From: a virus
Virus record (IMG/VR): IMGVR_UViG_3300048908_000317
Direction: 5' to 3' (one strand)
Length of the DNA stretch: 46,161 nt
A program made the position numbers and the translations under genes. Shown piece after piece: positions 14,888 through 23,428 of the stretch (its first letter is position 1; every line of letters starts with the position of its first letter). Under the pieces are notes generated by a model. It was not told the DNA's origin and did not search any database. It worked only from the letters and a program-made list of their open reading frames with translations.

Positions 14888-15506
14888 AGCTCCCGCGTCC
14901 ACGCCCGCCGCGCCTCCCGCGTCGCCGGCACCAGCGCCTGCGCCCGCAGAGTCGCCCGCTCCATCACCTGCTGATGCGCCCGCTTCCGCTCCGAGCCCCG
15001 CTGCCGCGCCGGCTCCGAAGCCCGAAGGCGCGCCCGAGAAGTACGACTTCTCAGCGCCCGAAGGCTCCCAGGCGTTCGATGAACACGTCCTCGGCGCCTA
15101 CGGCGAAGTGGCGAAGTCATTGAACCTGACGCAGGCGCAAGCGCAGTCCGTCCTCGACAAGGTGGCCCCGGTCATCCGCGAGCGGCAGATGGAGCAAGTC
15201 AAGGCGGCCTACGCAGAGATCGGCGGCATGCCCGACACGTGGGAAGCGCAGACCAAGGCGGACAAGGAGATCGGCGGCGACAAGCTGGCCGAGAACCTCG
15301 CCCTCGCCACGAAGGTGCGCGACCTCGGTGGTCCGGAGCTCGTGAAGGTTCTCAACGTCTCGGGCATGGGCAACCACCCGGCGGTCATCAAAGCCTTCGT
15401 GAAGTTCGGCCGGATGCTCAGTGAAGACACGTTCGTCGCCGGCAGCGGTGGTGCGCAGAAAGCGCCGCACCAGCCTGGCGATCGCCTCTACGGCAAGAAG
15501 TCCTGA
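14865..15506 (+). CDS. Head scaffolding protein
   Basis: 213 aa. Pro/Ala-rich N-terminus and helical body. Lies immediately upstream of the major capsid gene. Confidence 0.65.
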   Translation: MPDQATTEAPASTPAAPPASPAPAPAPAESPAPSPADAPASAPSPAAAPAPKPEGAPEKYDFSAPEGSQAFDEHVLGAYGEVAKSLNLTQAQAQSVLDKVAPVIRERQMEQVKAAYAEIGGMPDTWEAQTKADKEIGGDKLAENLALATKVRDLGGPELVKVLNVSGMGNHPAVIKAFVKFGRMLSEDTFVAGSGGAQKAPHQPGDRLYGKKS

Positions 15507-15532
15507 ACACCTGATTTCAACGGAGAAGCCAC

Positions 15533-16573
15533 ATGGCAGTCCTCGGTCAAAACGGCAAGGTCACCTTGCTGGACATCGCTCAAGCTACCGACCCCGATGG
15601 CAGCATCTCGGAGGTCGCGGAACTCCTCACGCAGACCAACGAGATCCTCCTCGACCTGCCCTGGTTCGAGGGCAACCTCACCACGGGCATGCAGGCCTCG
15701 ATCCGCACCGGCCTGCCCACGCCGATCTGGCGCTCGTTCTACCAAGGTACGCCGCCCAGCAAGTCGCTGCGCGCCAAGATCACCGACACCTGCGGCATGC
15801 TCGAAGACCGCTCCGAGGTCGACGAGGAGGAGGCCAACCTCAACGGCAACAGCAACGCCTTCCGCCTGTCGGAGGCTACGGCGCACATCGAAGGCATGAA
15901 TCAGACCTTCTCGCAGGCGCTGTTCTACGGCAATGCCGCGACCAACCCCGAGCGCTTCAACGGCCTGGCGCTTCGCTACAACACGGTGAACACGTCGAAC
16001 TCGCAGCTCGCGAACAACGTGATCGACGCCGGCGGCACGGGCTCCGACAACACCAGCGTCTGGCTGGTGGTCTGGGGCCGCCAGACCTGCATGGGCATCT
16101 ACCCCAAGGGAATGAAGGCGGGCCTGGAGCACCAGGATCTCGGCAAGATCGACGCGTTCGATGCGAACAACAACCGGTTCCGCGCGTACGCCGACCTCTG
16201 GCGCTGGAAGTGTGGCCTGCACGTCAAGGATTGGCGCTACGTCGTGCGCATCGCCAACGTCGACGTCTCCGACCTGCTGGCCCTGACCGGCACGCAGGCG
16301 CTGACGGCCTCGACCAGCCTCATCAAGCTCCTGGCCAAAGCCGGCGCGCGCATCCCGCACCGCGGCATGGGCAAGGCGGTGTTCTACGCGCACCGCACGG
16401 TCAAGGAGATGCTGTCGATCGCCGCGATGGAGAAGTCGCAGCAGGTGCTCTCCGTCCAGGACGGCCTGAAGCAGTTCGGCGACGTGGGCATCGAGGTGCG
16501 GGAGCTGTCGTTCCTCGGCACCCCGATCCGCACGTGCGACCAGCTCTCGGTCGCCGAGGCGCAGCTGACCTGA
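15533..16573 (+). CDS. Major capsid protein (HK97 fold)
   Basis: 346 aa. GGAGAAGCC RBS region. Position and size fit, as do motifs such as FRLSEATAHIEGMNQTFSQALFYGN and WLVVWGRQTCMGIYPKG, typical of this capsid family. Confidence 0.8.
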   Translation: MAVLGQNGKVTLLDIAQATDPDGSISEVAELLTQTNEILLDLPWFEGNLTTGMQASIRTGLPTPIWRSFYQGTPPSKSLRAKITDTCGMLEDRSEVDEEEANLNGNSNAFRLSEATAHIEGMNQTFSQALFYGNAATNPERFNGLALRYNTVNTSNSQLANNVIDAGGTGSDNTSVWLVVWGRQTCMGIYPKGMKAGLEHQDLGKIDAFDANNNRFRAYADLWRWKCGLHVKDWRYVVRIANVDVSDLLALTGTQALTASTSLIKLLAKAGARIPHRGMGKAVFYAHRTVKEMLSIAAMEKSQQVLSVQDGLKQFGDVGIEVRELSFLGTPIRTCDQLSVAEAQLT

Positions 16574-16601
16574 GCCCGAGCAGAACCACCAGGAGCACAC
16601 C

Positions 16602-17072
16602 ATGCTGCAAGACGTCAATTCCATCTTCTCGGGCGCCATCGCTGCCAGCGGCTCGCGCAGCGCGCAGGCGATCACCGCAACCGCGGTTTCTACCAACGTC
16701 ATGGACACGCGACAGAGCGGTCTGCCGGCGCTGGTCGACTTCGGCGTGGGCTACCCCACGCCGTGGCTGATCGTGAACATCGTCCAGGCGTTCAACACGC
16801 TCACCTCGCTGCAGATCGACCTCGTGTCGGACTCGAACTCCAACCTGTCGACCTCCCCGGTCACGCACTTCAGCAAGACCGTCTTGCTCGCCGGCCTCAC
16901 CGCCGGCGCGCAGGTCGTGCGGGTGCAGCTGCCGTCGGACAACTACAAGGAGTTCCTCGGCGTGAAGTACACGGTCAACGGCTCGAACCCGAGCCAGGGC
17001 TCCGTGCTCGCGTTCCTCACGGTCGACCCGCAGCAGAACGTCGGCTACCCGTCCGGCTTCACCGTCGGCTGA
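16602..17072 (+). CDS. Capsid cement/decoration protein (Bbp16-like)
   Basis: 156 aa, beta-rich, directly downstream of the capsid gene. The family assignment is from memory of BPP-1 gene order. Confidence 0.45.
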   Translation: MLQDVNSIFSGAIAASGSRSAQAITATAVSTNVMDTRQSGLPALVDFGVGYPTPWLIVNIVQAFNTLTSLQIDLVSDSNSNLSTSPVTHFSKTVLLAGLTAGAQVVRVQLPSDNYKEFLGVKYTVNGSNPSQGSVLAFLTVDPQQNVGYPSGFTVG

Positions 17073-17082
17073 GGACTGAGCC

Positions 17083-17307
17083 ATGCGCACGATGGTCAAT
17101 GTCATCGCGACGGGTCAGGGCTGGGATGGCATCGCCATCCGCGAGCCGGGCGAGGAGTTCCAGATGCCCGAGGGGGCCACGGGATCCTGGTTCGAGCCGC
17201 TGGACGACGACGCGCGCCGCAAGCCCAAGCCGGTTGCGAAGTCCGTGATCCGCAAGCCCAAGCTCGCCGATCCGCCGGGAGGCGACGGCACGGGCAGCGA
17301 GGCCTGA
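17083..17307 (+). CDS. Hypothetical protein
   Basis: 74 aa. Last gene before a terminator hairpin. Confidence 0.55.
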   Translation: MRTMVNVIATGQGWDGIAIREPGEEFQMPEGATGSWFEPLDDDARRKPKPVAKSVIRKPKLADPPGGDGTGSEA

Positions 17308-17345
17308 GAAACCACGCCGGGGCTCTCGAAGCCCCGGTTTCGCAT
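17308..17345 (+). terminator. Rho-independent terminator after the head module
   Basis: CCGGGGC-tctcgaa-GCCCCGG stem-loop (17317-17337) followed by TTTC. The flanking gaaacc/ggtttc extends the stem. Confidence 0.6.
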
Positions 17346-17358
17346 CTGGAGCATCGTC

Positions 17359-18060
17359 GTGGCATCCGAAGTCGACATCGCAAACCTGGCCCTCTCGTAC
17401 CTCGGGGACGTGGCGAACGTCTCGTCGATCTCGCCACCGGACGGCAGCGCTCAGGCGGTCTACTGCTCGCGCTTCTACCCGGTGGCGCGCGACGCGCTGC
17501 TCGAGCTGCATGACTGGAACTTCGCGTCGCGGCGCGCGGCGTTGCCCCTCCTCGGGGATGCCACGACGCAGACCGGCCAGTGGTGCAACCAGTGGATCTA
17601 CACCTACGGCGTGCCGGCCGGCATGCTCTGCGCGCGCAAGGTGATCGCCAACACGGCGCCCGACGACTGGAGCGTGCCGCTTCCGCCTTCGGGCTGCGAC
17701 TTCGCGGCCCCCGGGGCCGCACCGGCGCCAGGTCAGGGCCTGTACACCCCGCAGAAGTTCATCGTCGAGACCGTGGACAACGGCACTCTCGTCATCCGCA
17801 CGAACATGCCGGACGCGGCGCTGCTCTACACCGTCAGGATCACCGACCCGACGAAGTTCTCCCCTCTGTTTTCGGAGACCCTGAGCTACTACCTCTCGTC
17901 GCGCCTGGCGGGCCCGATCCTGAAGGGCGACGTCGGGCGCGCGGTGGGCAAGGATCTGCTCGGCACCGCGATGGCGCTGCTCGCGCGCGCGGCCACGTCG
18001 GACGCCAAGCAACGCCGCGTCGACATCGCGCAGGCCGTGCCCTGGATGGTGGGGCGCTGA
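17359..18060 (+). CDS. Tail tubular protein A / adaptor (T7 gp11-like)
   Basis: 233 aa, GTG start. DIANLALSYLGDVANVSSISPPDGSAQAVYCSRFYPVARDALLELHDWNFA parallels the T7 gp11 N-terminus (VNDILASIGEPPVSTLEGD...RQIQSRGWTFN). Confidence 0.6.
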   Translation: MASEVDIANLALSYLGDVANVSSISPPDGSAQAVYCSRFYPVARDALLELHDWNFASRRAALPLLGDATTQTGQWCNQWIYTYGVPAGMLCARKVIANTAPDDWSVPLPPSGCDFAAPGAAPAPGQGLYTPQKFIVETVDNGTLVIRTNMPDAALLYTVRITDPTKFSPLFSETLSYYLSSRLAGPILKGDVGRAVGKDLLGTAMALLARAATSDAKQRRVDIAQAVPWMVGR

Positions 18061-18061
18061 C

Positions 18062-18502
18062 ATGACGGTCATCGCGTGGGACGGGAAGACGTTGGCCGCA
18101 GACAAGCTGTCCACGGACGGAACATCGCGGCGCACCGTCACAAAGATCCACCGCCTGTCGAATGGCGCGGTGCTCGGCGCGTGCGGCGATGCCGGGCAGT
18201 GCCGTGAGATGCAGGCGTGGTATTGCAACGGAGCGAAGCCCGAGGAGCTTCCACCGAAACAGCGTGACGCCGACACGGCAGCGTGGCTCCTCGTCATCGA
18301 GCCGGGCCCGCGCATCCTGTACTTCCAGCTTGGCCCGTACCCGATCCTTCTCGAGGACAAGATCTTCGCGATGGGCTCCGGCCGCGAATATGCGATGGCT
18401 GCCATGCACCTCGGAAAGACCGCGCGCGAGGCTTGCGAGGTTGCGATCGCGCTGAGTCCCGAGTGCGGCCAGGGCGTCGACGAGCTGGAGCTGGAGGCCT
18501 GA
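18062..18502 (+). CDS. HslV/proteasome-beta-like Ntn hydrolase (T1 peptidase fold)
   Basis: 146 aa. MT-VIAWDGKTLAADK...TKIHRL..GACGDAG...AMGSGREYAMAA aligns by eye to E. coli HslV (TTIVSVRRNGHVVIAGDG...KKVRRL..GFAGGTADA...AIGSGGPYAQAA). Thr1, Asp17, Lys33 and Ser-Gly equivalents are present. Confidence 0.6.
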   Translation: MTVIAWDGKTLAADKLSTDGTSRRTVTKIHRLSNGAVLGACGDAGQCREMQAWYCNGAKPEELPPKQRDADTAAWLLVIEPGPRILYFQLGPYPILLEDKIFAMGSGREYAMAAMHLGKTAREACEVAIALSPECGQGVDELELEA

Positions 18503-20703
18503 TGCCCAGCACGAAGATCTACGCCCACGCCTTCAGCGGCGGCGAGGTGTCACCGGAGCTCTACGGCCGCCAGGACGTGGCCCACGTCGCGCAGTCGGTG
18601 GCGCTTGCGCGCAACTTCATCACGTTGCCGCATGGGCCCGCGCAGAACCGCGCGGGCACGGAGTTCGTCAAGGAGGTGCGCGACTCCACGAAGGCCACGC
18701 GCCTGATCTCCTTCAGCTACAACGCGACGCAGACGTTCGCCGTCGAGATCGGGGCGGGCTATTTCCGCTGGCACACGCTCGGCGAGACGCTCCTGACCGG
18801 CTCGGCGCCGGCCTGGTCGGCGGCCACGACCTACGTGGTGGGCGATCTCGTCCTTTCGGGGGGCGCGACCTACTACTGCATCGTGGGGAACACGAACCAT
18901 GTCCCGCCCAACGCGACGTACTGGTACGCCATCCCCGCCGATGGCACCTACGAGGTACCGAACCCCTACGCGGAGGGCGATCTCTTCGACATCCACTACA
19001 CGCAGTCCGCCGACATCATGACACTCGTCCACCCGACCTACGCGGTGCGCGAGCTGCGCCGGTTGGGCGCGACAAACTGGCAGTTGCCGCTGGTGAGCTT
19101 CCAGCCGCAGATCACTGCGCCCTCGAGCGTCACGGCGACTGCCACAGGCTCGGGGTCGACCTCCTACACCTACGTCGTGACGGCCGTGGCCGCCTCCAAC
19201 AACCTCGAGGAGTCGCTGTCTTCGGCGACGGCTTCGTGCACGAACGACCTCACGACAGGGACGAACCACAACACGATCGGCTGGGTCGCGCCAGCAGGCG
19301 CGCTGCGGATCAACGTCTACAAGCTCGCGAGCGGGCTGTACGGCTACATCGGCCAGGCCGCGCCGGGCGCAACCTTCGTCGACACCAACATCTTGCCGGA
19401 CATCTCACGCACGCCCCCGCTGTTCGATTCGAGCTTCGACTCCGGCACCGACCTGCACCCGGGCGCGGTCGGCTACTTCGAGCAGCGCCGGGTGTTCGCA
19501 GGGTGGGGCTTCGGCCCGCAGAACGTGCTGTCCACGAGGAGCGGCACCGAGTCGAACATCAACTACCACATCCCCACGCTCGCCGACGATCGCATCGCGT
19601 TTCGCATCGCCGCGCGCCAGGGCAGCCAGATCCACCACATCGTCCCGTCCAACGACCTGATCCTGCTGACCGGCACGAACGCGTTCCGGATCTTCGCCGG
19701 TGACGGCGGCGCGCTCACCGGCGCCAACGTCAACAGCCGTGCACAGGGCCCCGGAGCCAACAACGTGCAGCCGGTCTCGGTGGACACGACGGTGATCTAC
19801 GCGAAGGCGGTCGGCGGCCGGATGTGCGAGCTCGCATTCGCCACGACGAACCAGGGCTCCTACTACCAGGCGGCGGACCTCTCCGAGCTCGCCCCGCACT
19901 TGTTCGACGGCTTCGAGATCGTCGACATGGCGTACTCCAACGCGCCGTTCCCGATCGTCTGGGCGATCACCGACCAGGGCCAGCTTCTGGGCTGCACCTA
20001 CGTGCCCGGCCAGCGAATCAGCGCCTGGCACCACCACGACACGGATGGCTTCTTCGAGAGCTGCTGCGTCATCACCGAGCAGGGCGAGGACTTCCTCTAC
20101 CTGATCGTGCGGCGCCTGATCGGCGGCGTCTGGAAGCGCTACGTGGAACGCCTGCACACGCGCAAGATGGCGACGCAGGCCGACGCCTTCTTCGTCGACT
20201 GCGGGCTCACCTACAGCGGTGCGCCCATCCCGCAGATCACCGATGGCCTGGATCACCTGAAGGGCAAGACGGTGAGCATCCTGGCCGACGGCGCCGTCCT
20301 GCCGCAGCAGGTCGTCACCGACAGCGGCGGCCTGCCCGATCCCTTCCCCGCGCCGGCGTCGACGGTGCAGGTGGGCCTGCCGATCACGGCCGACCTGCAG
20401 ACGCTGCCGCTGTCGATCGCGCTCCCCGACGGCGGGCAGGGCACGAACAAGAACCTGAACAACGTCTGGTTGCGCGTGAAGGACTCGTCCGGCCTATTCG
20501 CGGGACCGGATTTCGATCACCTGACTGCGTTCAAGCAACGCACGACGGAGCCGTACGGCGAGCCGCCGCGGTGGGTGCAGGGCTGGATGCAGGTGATGCC
20601 GCTGGGCTCATGGGGGGCCGACGGCCAGGTCTGCATCCGGCAGACCGATCCGCTGCCTGTGACGATCGTGGCGGCGAAGCTCGAGGTCGCACTGGGAGGC
20701 TGA
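18502..20703 (+). CDS. Tail tubular protein B / nozzle (T7 gp12-like position)
   Basis: 733 aa. TGATG overlap with the upstream gene. Large beta-rich protein following the gp11-like gene. Confidence 0.55.
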   Translation: MPSTKIYAHAFSGGEVSPELYGRQDVAHVAQSVALARNFITLPHGPAQNRAGTEFVKEVRDSTKATRLISFSYNATQTFAVEIGAGYFRWHTLGETLLTGSAPAWSAATTYVVGDLVLSGGATYYCIVGNTNHVPPNATYWYAIPADGTYEVPNPYAEGDLFDIHYTQSADIMTLVHPTYAVRELRRLGATNWQLPLVSFQPQITAPSSVTATATGSGSTSYTYVVTAVAASNNLEESLSSATASCTNDLTTGTNHNTIGWVAPAGALRINVYKLASGLYGYIGQAAPGATFVDTNILPDISRTPPLFDSSFDSGTDLHPGAVGYFEQRRVFAGWGFGPQNVLSTRSGTESNINYHIPTLADDRIAFRIAARQGSQIHHIVPSNDLILLTGTNAFRIFAGDGGALTGANVNSRAQGPGANNVQPVSVDTTVIYAKAVGGRMCELAFATTNQGSYYQAADLSELAPHLFDGFEIVDMAYSNAPFPIVWAITDQGQLLGCTYVPGQRISAWHHHDTDGFFESCCVITEQGEDFLYLIVRRLIGGVWKRYVERLHTRKMATQADAFFVDCGLTYSGAPIPQITDGLDHLKGKTVSILADGAVLPQQVVTDSGGLPDPFPAPASTVQVGLPITADLQTLPLSIALPDGGQGTNKNLNNVWLRVKDSSGLFAGPDFDHLTAFKQRTTEPYGEPPRWVQGWMQVMPLGSWGADGQVCIRQTDPLPVTIVAAKLEVALGG

Positions 20704-20704
20704 G

Positions 20705-21235
20705 ATGGGACTGACGACGGCGGCGTTCATGGTGGGTTCGGCGGCGTACAAAGCCGTCGGCTCCTACAACGGAGCGAAGGCGCAGAAGTCGGCGCTGAAC
20801 TCGGAGGCGGTCGCGGACCAGCAGAACGCCAAGATCGCCGAATGGGAAGCCTCGCAGGCGATCCAGAACGGGCAGACCGAGGAGGAATCGAAGCGCCTCG
20901 AGATCGGCGGGCTGGTGGGCCGAGAGCGCGCAGCCATGGGTGCCAGCGGCACCGACCTGGGCTACGGAAGCAACACCGACATCCTCACGACGACCAAGGT
21001 GCTCGGCGAGCGCGACGCGCTGCAGATCCGCGACAACGCGCTGCGCACGGCGTGGGGCTACCGCACCGAGGGCACCGGGTATGGAAACAAGGCGTCGATG
21101 GCCGCGGCCGGCGCCTCGTCCGTGCGGCCGTGGGCGTCGGGCCTGACCTCACTACTCGGAAGCGCCGCGAGCTCGGGCTTCAGCTTCGGGGGCATGGAAC
21201 CGAATTTCTCGTGGGCTGGCCCCGGGAACATCTGA
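20705..21235 (+). CDS. Internal virion (core) protein, small
   Basis: 176 aa. Position corresponds to T7 gp13/14. Gly/Ala/Ser-rich. Confidence 0.5.
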   Translation: MGLTTAAFMVGSAAYKAVGSYNGAKAQKSALNSEAVADQQNAKIAEWEASQAIQNGQTEEESKRLEIGGLVGRERAAMGASGTDLGYGSNTDILTTTKVLGERDALQIRDNALRTAWGYRTEGTGYGNKASMAAAGASSVRPWASGLTSLLGSAASSGFSFGGMEPNFSWAGPGNI

Positions 21236-21247
21236 CGGGGAGCCACG

Positions 21248-23419
21248 ATGCCAAACATTCCGCTGTACCCCGCTGGCGGCACGACTGCGCCGGCGCCGCT
21301 GCCCGGCCCGCGCTTCTCCGGCGGCTCGCCGGCGGACTTCGGCGCCATCAGCGCGGCGCAGACCGAGCAACTCGGCGCGCAGGCCGAGCACCTGGCCAAC
21401 GAGCAGATCATGCTCCAGAACCAGGTGCGGGTGAACGACGCGCTGAACCAGGCCCGGCAGAAGGCGCTCGATCTCACGTACGACCCGCAACTCGGCTACC
21501 TGAGCCAGCGCGGCCGCGCGGTGCTCGATCGCTCGAGTGGGCAGGCGCTGCCGGACGAATACGGCGGCCGGCTGGGTGACGCGGTGTCCGAGATCAGCGC
21601 CAACCTCACGCCGCAGCAGCAGCGCGTCTTCCAGATGCAGGCCGCGCCGATCCTGAGCTCGTTCCGCGAGGGCGTGCAGAAGCACCAGTTGCAGGAGTCG
21701 AACGCCTACGCCATGAGCGTGCAGGAGTCGACGATGAAGCTCGCCGGCGACACCGCGGCGCAGCACTGGGACGATCCCGAGCAGATCGGGCAGCAGGTGG
21801 AGTCGGCCAAGGCCGCGGCCTACGCCACGGGCAAGCTCACCGGCATGGACGTCTCGGCCGCCATCCTCGAGGCCGGCAGCCACATCCACTCGCGGGTGGT
21901 CGAAGCGGCGCTGGAGAACAGCAACCCGCTGTACGCGGTCAACTACCTGCAGGCGCACTCCAAGGAGATGACCTCGGACGACCTGCTGCGCGCGCAGGGC
22001 CGGGTGAACCAGCAGGCGGACGCGCAGATCTCGATGCTCGCCGTCGACGGCGCCATGAAGGGCATCCAGACCGCGGCCGCGCCCACGGACATGGATCGGC
22101 TCACCGGGCTCGTGGCGCACCAGGAATCGGGCGGCCGGGAGACGAACGCGGACGGCACGACCGTCACCTCGCCGAAGGGCGCGAAGGGGCTCATGCAGGT
22201 GATGGACACCACCGCTGGGGCGCCGGGCTTCGGCATCGCGCCGGCGAAGAAGCTGCCGGACGGCTCGTTCGATCCGGCGGACCGCGCGCGCGTCGGGCGC
22301 CAGTACCTGGGCGCGTTGCTGCAGAAGTACGGCAGCGTGCCCGCGGCGCTGGCCGCCTACAATGCCGGGCCCGCGGTGGTCGACAAGGCCATCGACGAGG
22401 CACAGAAGCGGGGCGAGCCGGCGGCCACCGGGCTGTGGCTGCAGGATCCGTCGATCCCGAAGGAGACGCGCAACTACGTCGCGGCGATCATGGGCAAGTA
22501 CGAGGCGGGCGCCGGCGCGGCATCGCTGCCCACGAAGCTCGAATTCGTCCAGGCCGCCGAGTCGAAGCTCGGGCCGAACCCGCGGCCGCAGACGTTGCTC
22601 CTCACGCGCCAGCGCGCCGAGCAGCAGTACGAACTCATGACGACCTCGCGGCACGAGGACACCGAAGCGGCCGTGCGCGACGTGCAGAACGCGATCATCG
22701 ACGCGAACGGCGACTTCGCGGCGGTGCAGCAGCAGCACCCCGACCTGATCTCGCGCGTGCGCGGGCTCGACCCGGGCAGGATGGACAACCTGCTGCAGTT
22801 CGCCAAGACCTTCGCCAAGGGCGAGCGCACCGACAACATGGAGGCCTACGCCGCGGCCTGGGGGCACCCCGAGGAAATGGCGGCGATGACGGACTCGCAG
22901 TTCAACCAGTTCGTCCGGACGAACTTCACCGACGCCACGGGCAAGGAGCTGATCAAGCGCCGCGAGGACTTCGCCGAGGGCAAGGTCGACGGCGGCGTGG
23001 GCGCCGTGAACGATCAGGCCCTGAAGCAGACGCTTGACGAGCGCCTGCGCAACGCCGGGAAGAAGTGGATGGAGCCGAAGGCGTCGACCGACGACAAGAA
23101 CAGCTACGGCACCGTCGCCAAGTTCCTGCGCGACGGGATCTTCCAGGCCCAGCGCGAGGCCGGGCGCAAGTTCACCCCCGAGGAGGTCGGCAAGTACGTC
23201 GACCAGCAGTTCCAGCGCACCGAGAACACGAGCCGCTGGTTTGGCCTCAGCACCAAGACCCAATACGAGCTGGCCATCAGCTACGACGACGTGCCGTCCA
23301 ACATCCGGGCGGCGATCGACGCGAAGCTGCCCAACGCCAGCCCGGGCGACAAGCTGCGGGTGTACTGGACGTGGAAGGGCAACCAGGCGAAGGGCGCGCA
23401 GACCGCCAACGCGCAGTGA
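21248..23419 (+). CDS. Internal virion protein with soluble lytic transglycosylase (SLT) domain
   Basis: 723 aa. HQESGGRE...GAKGLMQVMDTTA...AAYNAGPAVV are the SLT/GH23 E-S, GLMQ and AYNAG motifs. Confidence 0.75.
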   Translation: MPNIPLYPAGGTTAPAPLPGPRFSGGSPADFGAISAAQTEQLGAQAEHLANEQIMLQNQVRVNDALNQARQKALDLTYDPQLGYLSQRGRAVLDRSSGQALPDEYGGRLGDAVSEISANLTPQQQRVFQMQAAPILSSFREGVQKHQLQESNAYAMSVQESTMKLAGDTAAQHWDDPEQIGQQVESAKAAAYATGKLTGMDVSAAILEAGSHIHSRVVEAALENSNPLYAVNYLQAHSKEMTSDDLLRAQGRVNQQADAQISMLAVDGAMKGIQTAAAPTDMDRLTGLVAHQESGGRETNADGTTVTSPKGAKGLMQVMDTTAGAPGFGIAPAKKLPDGSFDPADRARVGRQYLGALLQKYGSVPAALAAYNAGPAVVDKAIDEAQKRGEPAATGLWLQDPSIPKETRNYVAAIMGKYEAGAGAASLPTKLEFVQAAESKLGPNPRPQTLLLTRQRAEQQYELMTTSRHEDTEAAVRDVQNAIIDANGDFAAVQQQHPDLISRVRGLDPGRMDNLLQFAKTFAKGERTDNMEAYAAAWGHPEEMAAMTDSQFNQFVRTNFTDATGKELIKRREDFAEGKVDGGVGAVNDQALKQTLDERLRNAGKKWMEPKASTDDKNSYGTVAKFLRDGIFQAQREAGRKFTPEEVGKYVDQQFQRTENTSRWFGLSTKTQYELAISYDDVPSNIRAAIDAKLPNASPGDKLRVYWTWKGNQAKGAQTANAQ

Positions 23420-23428
23420 AGGAGCCGC

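Noticed and set aside
18126-18139. Partial matches to the MRRT box (GCGGCGCACCG at 18128-18138, and reverse-orientation CGGTGCGCCGCA at 24593-24604)
   Set aside because: Only 11-12 nt match, both are inside coding regions, and neither has the GTATG start or a mini-ORF. This is plausibly chance in a GC-rich genome.
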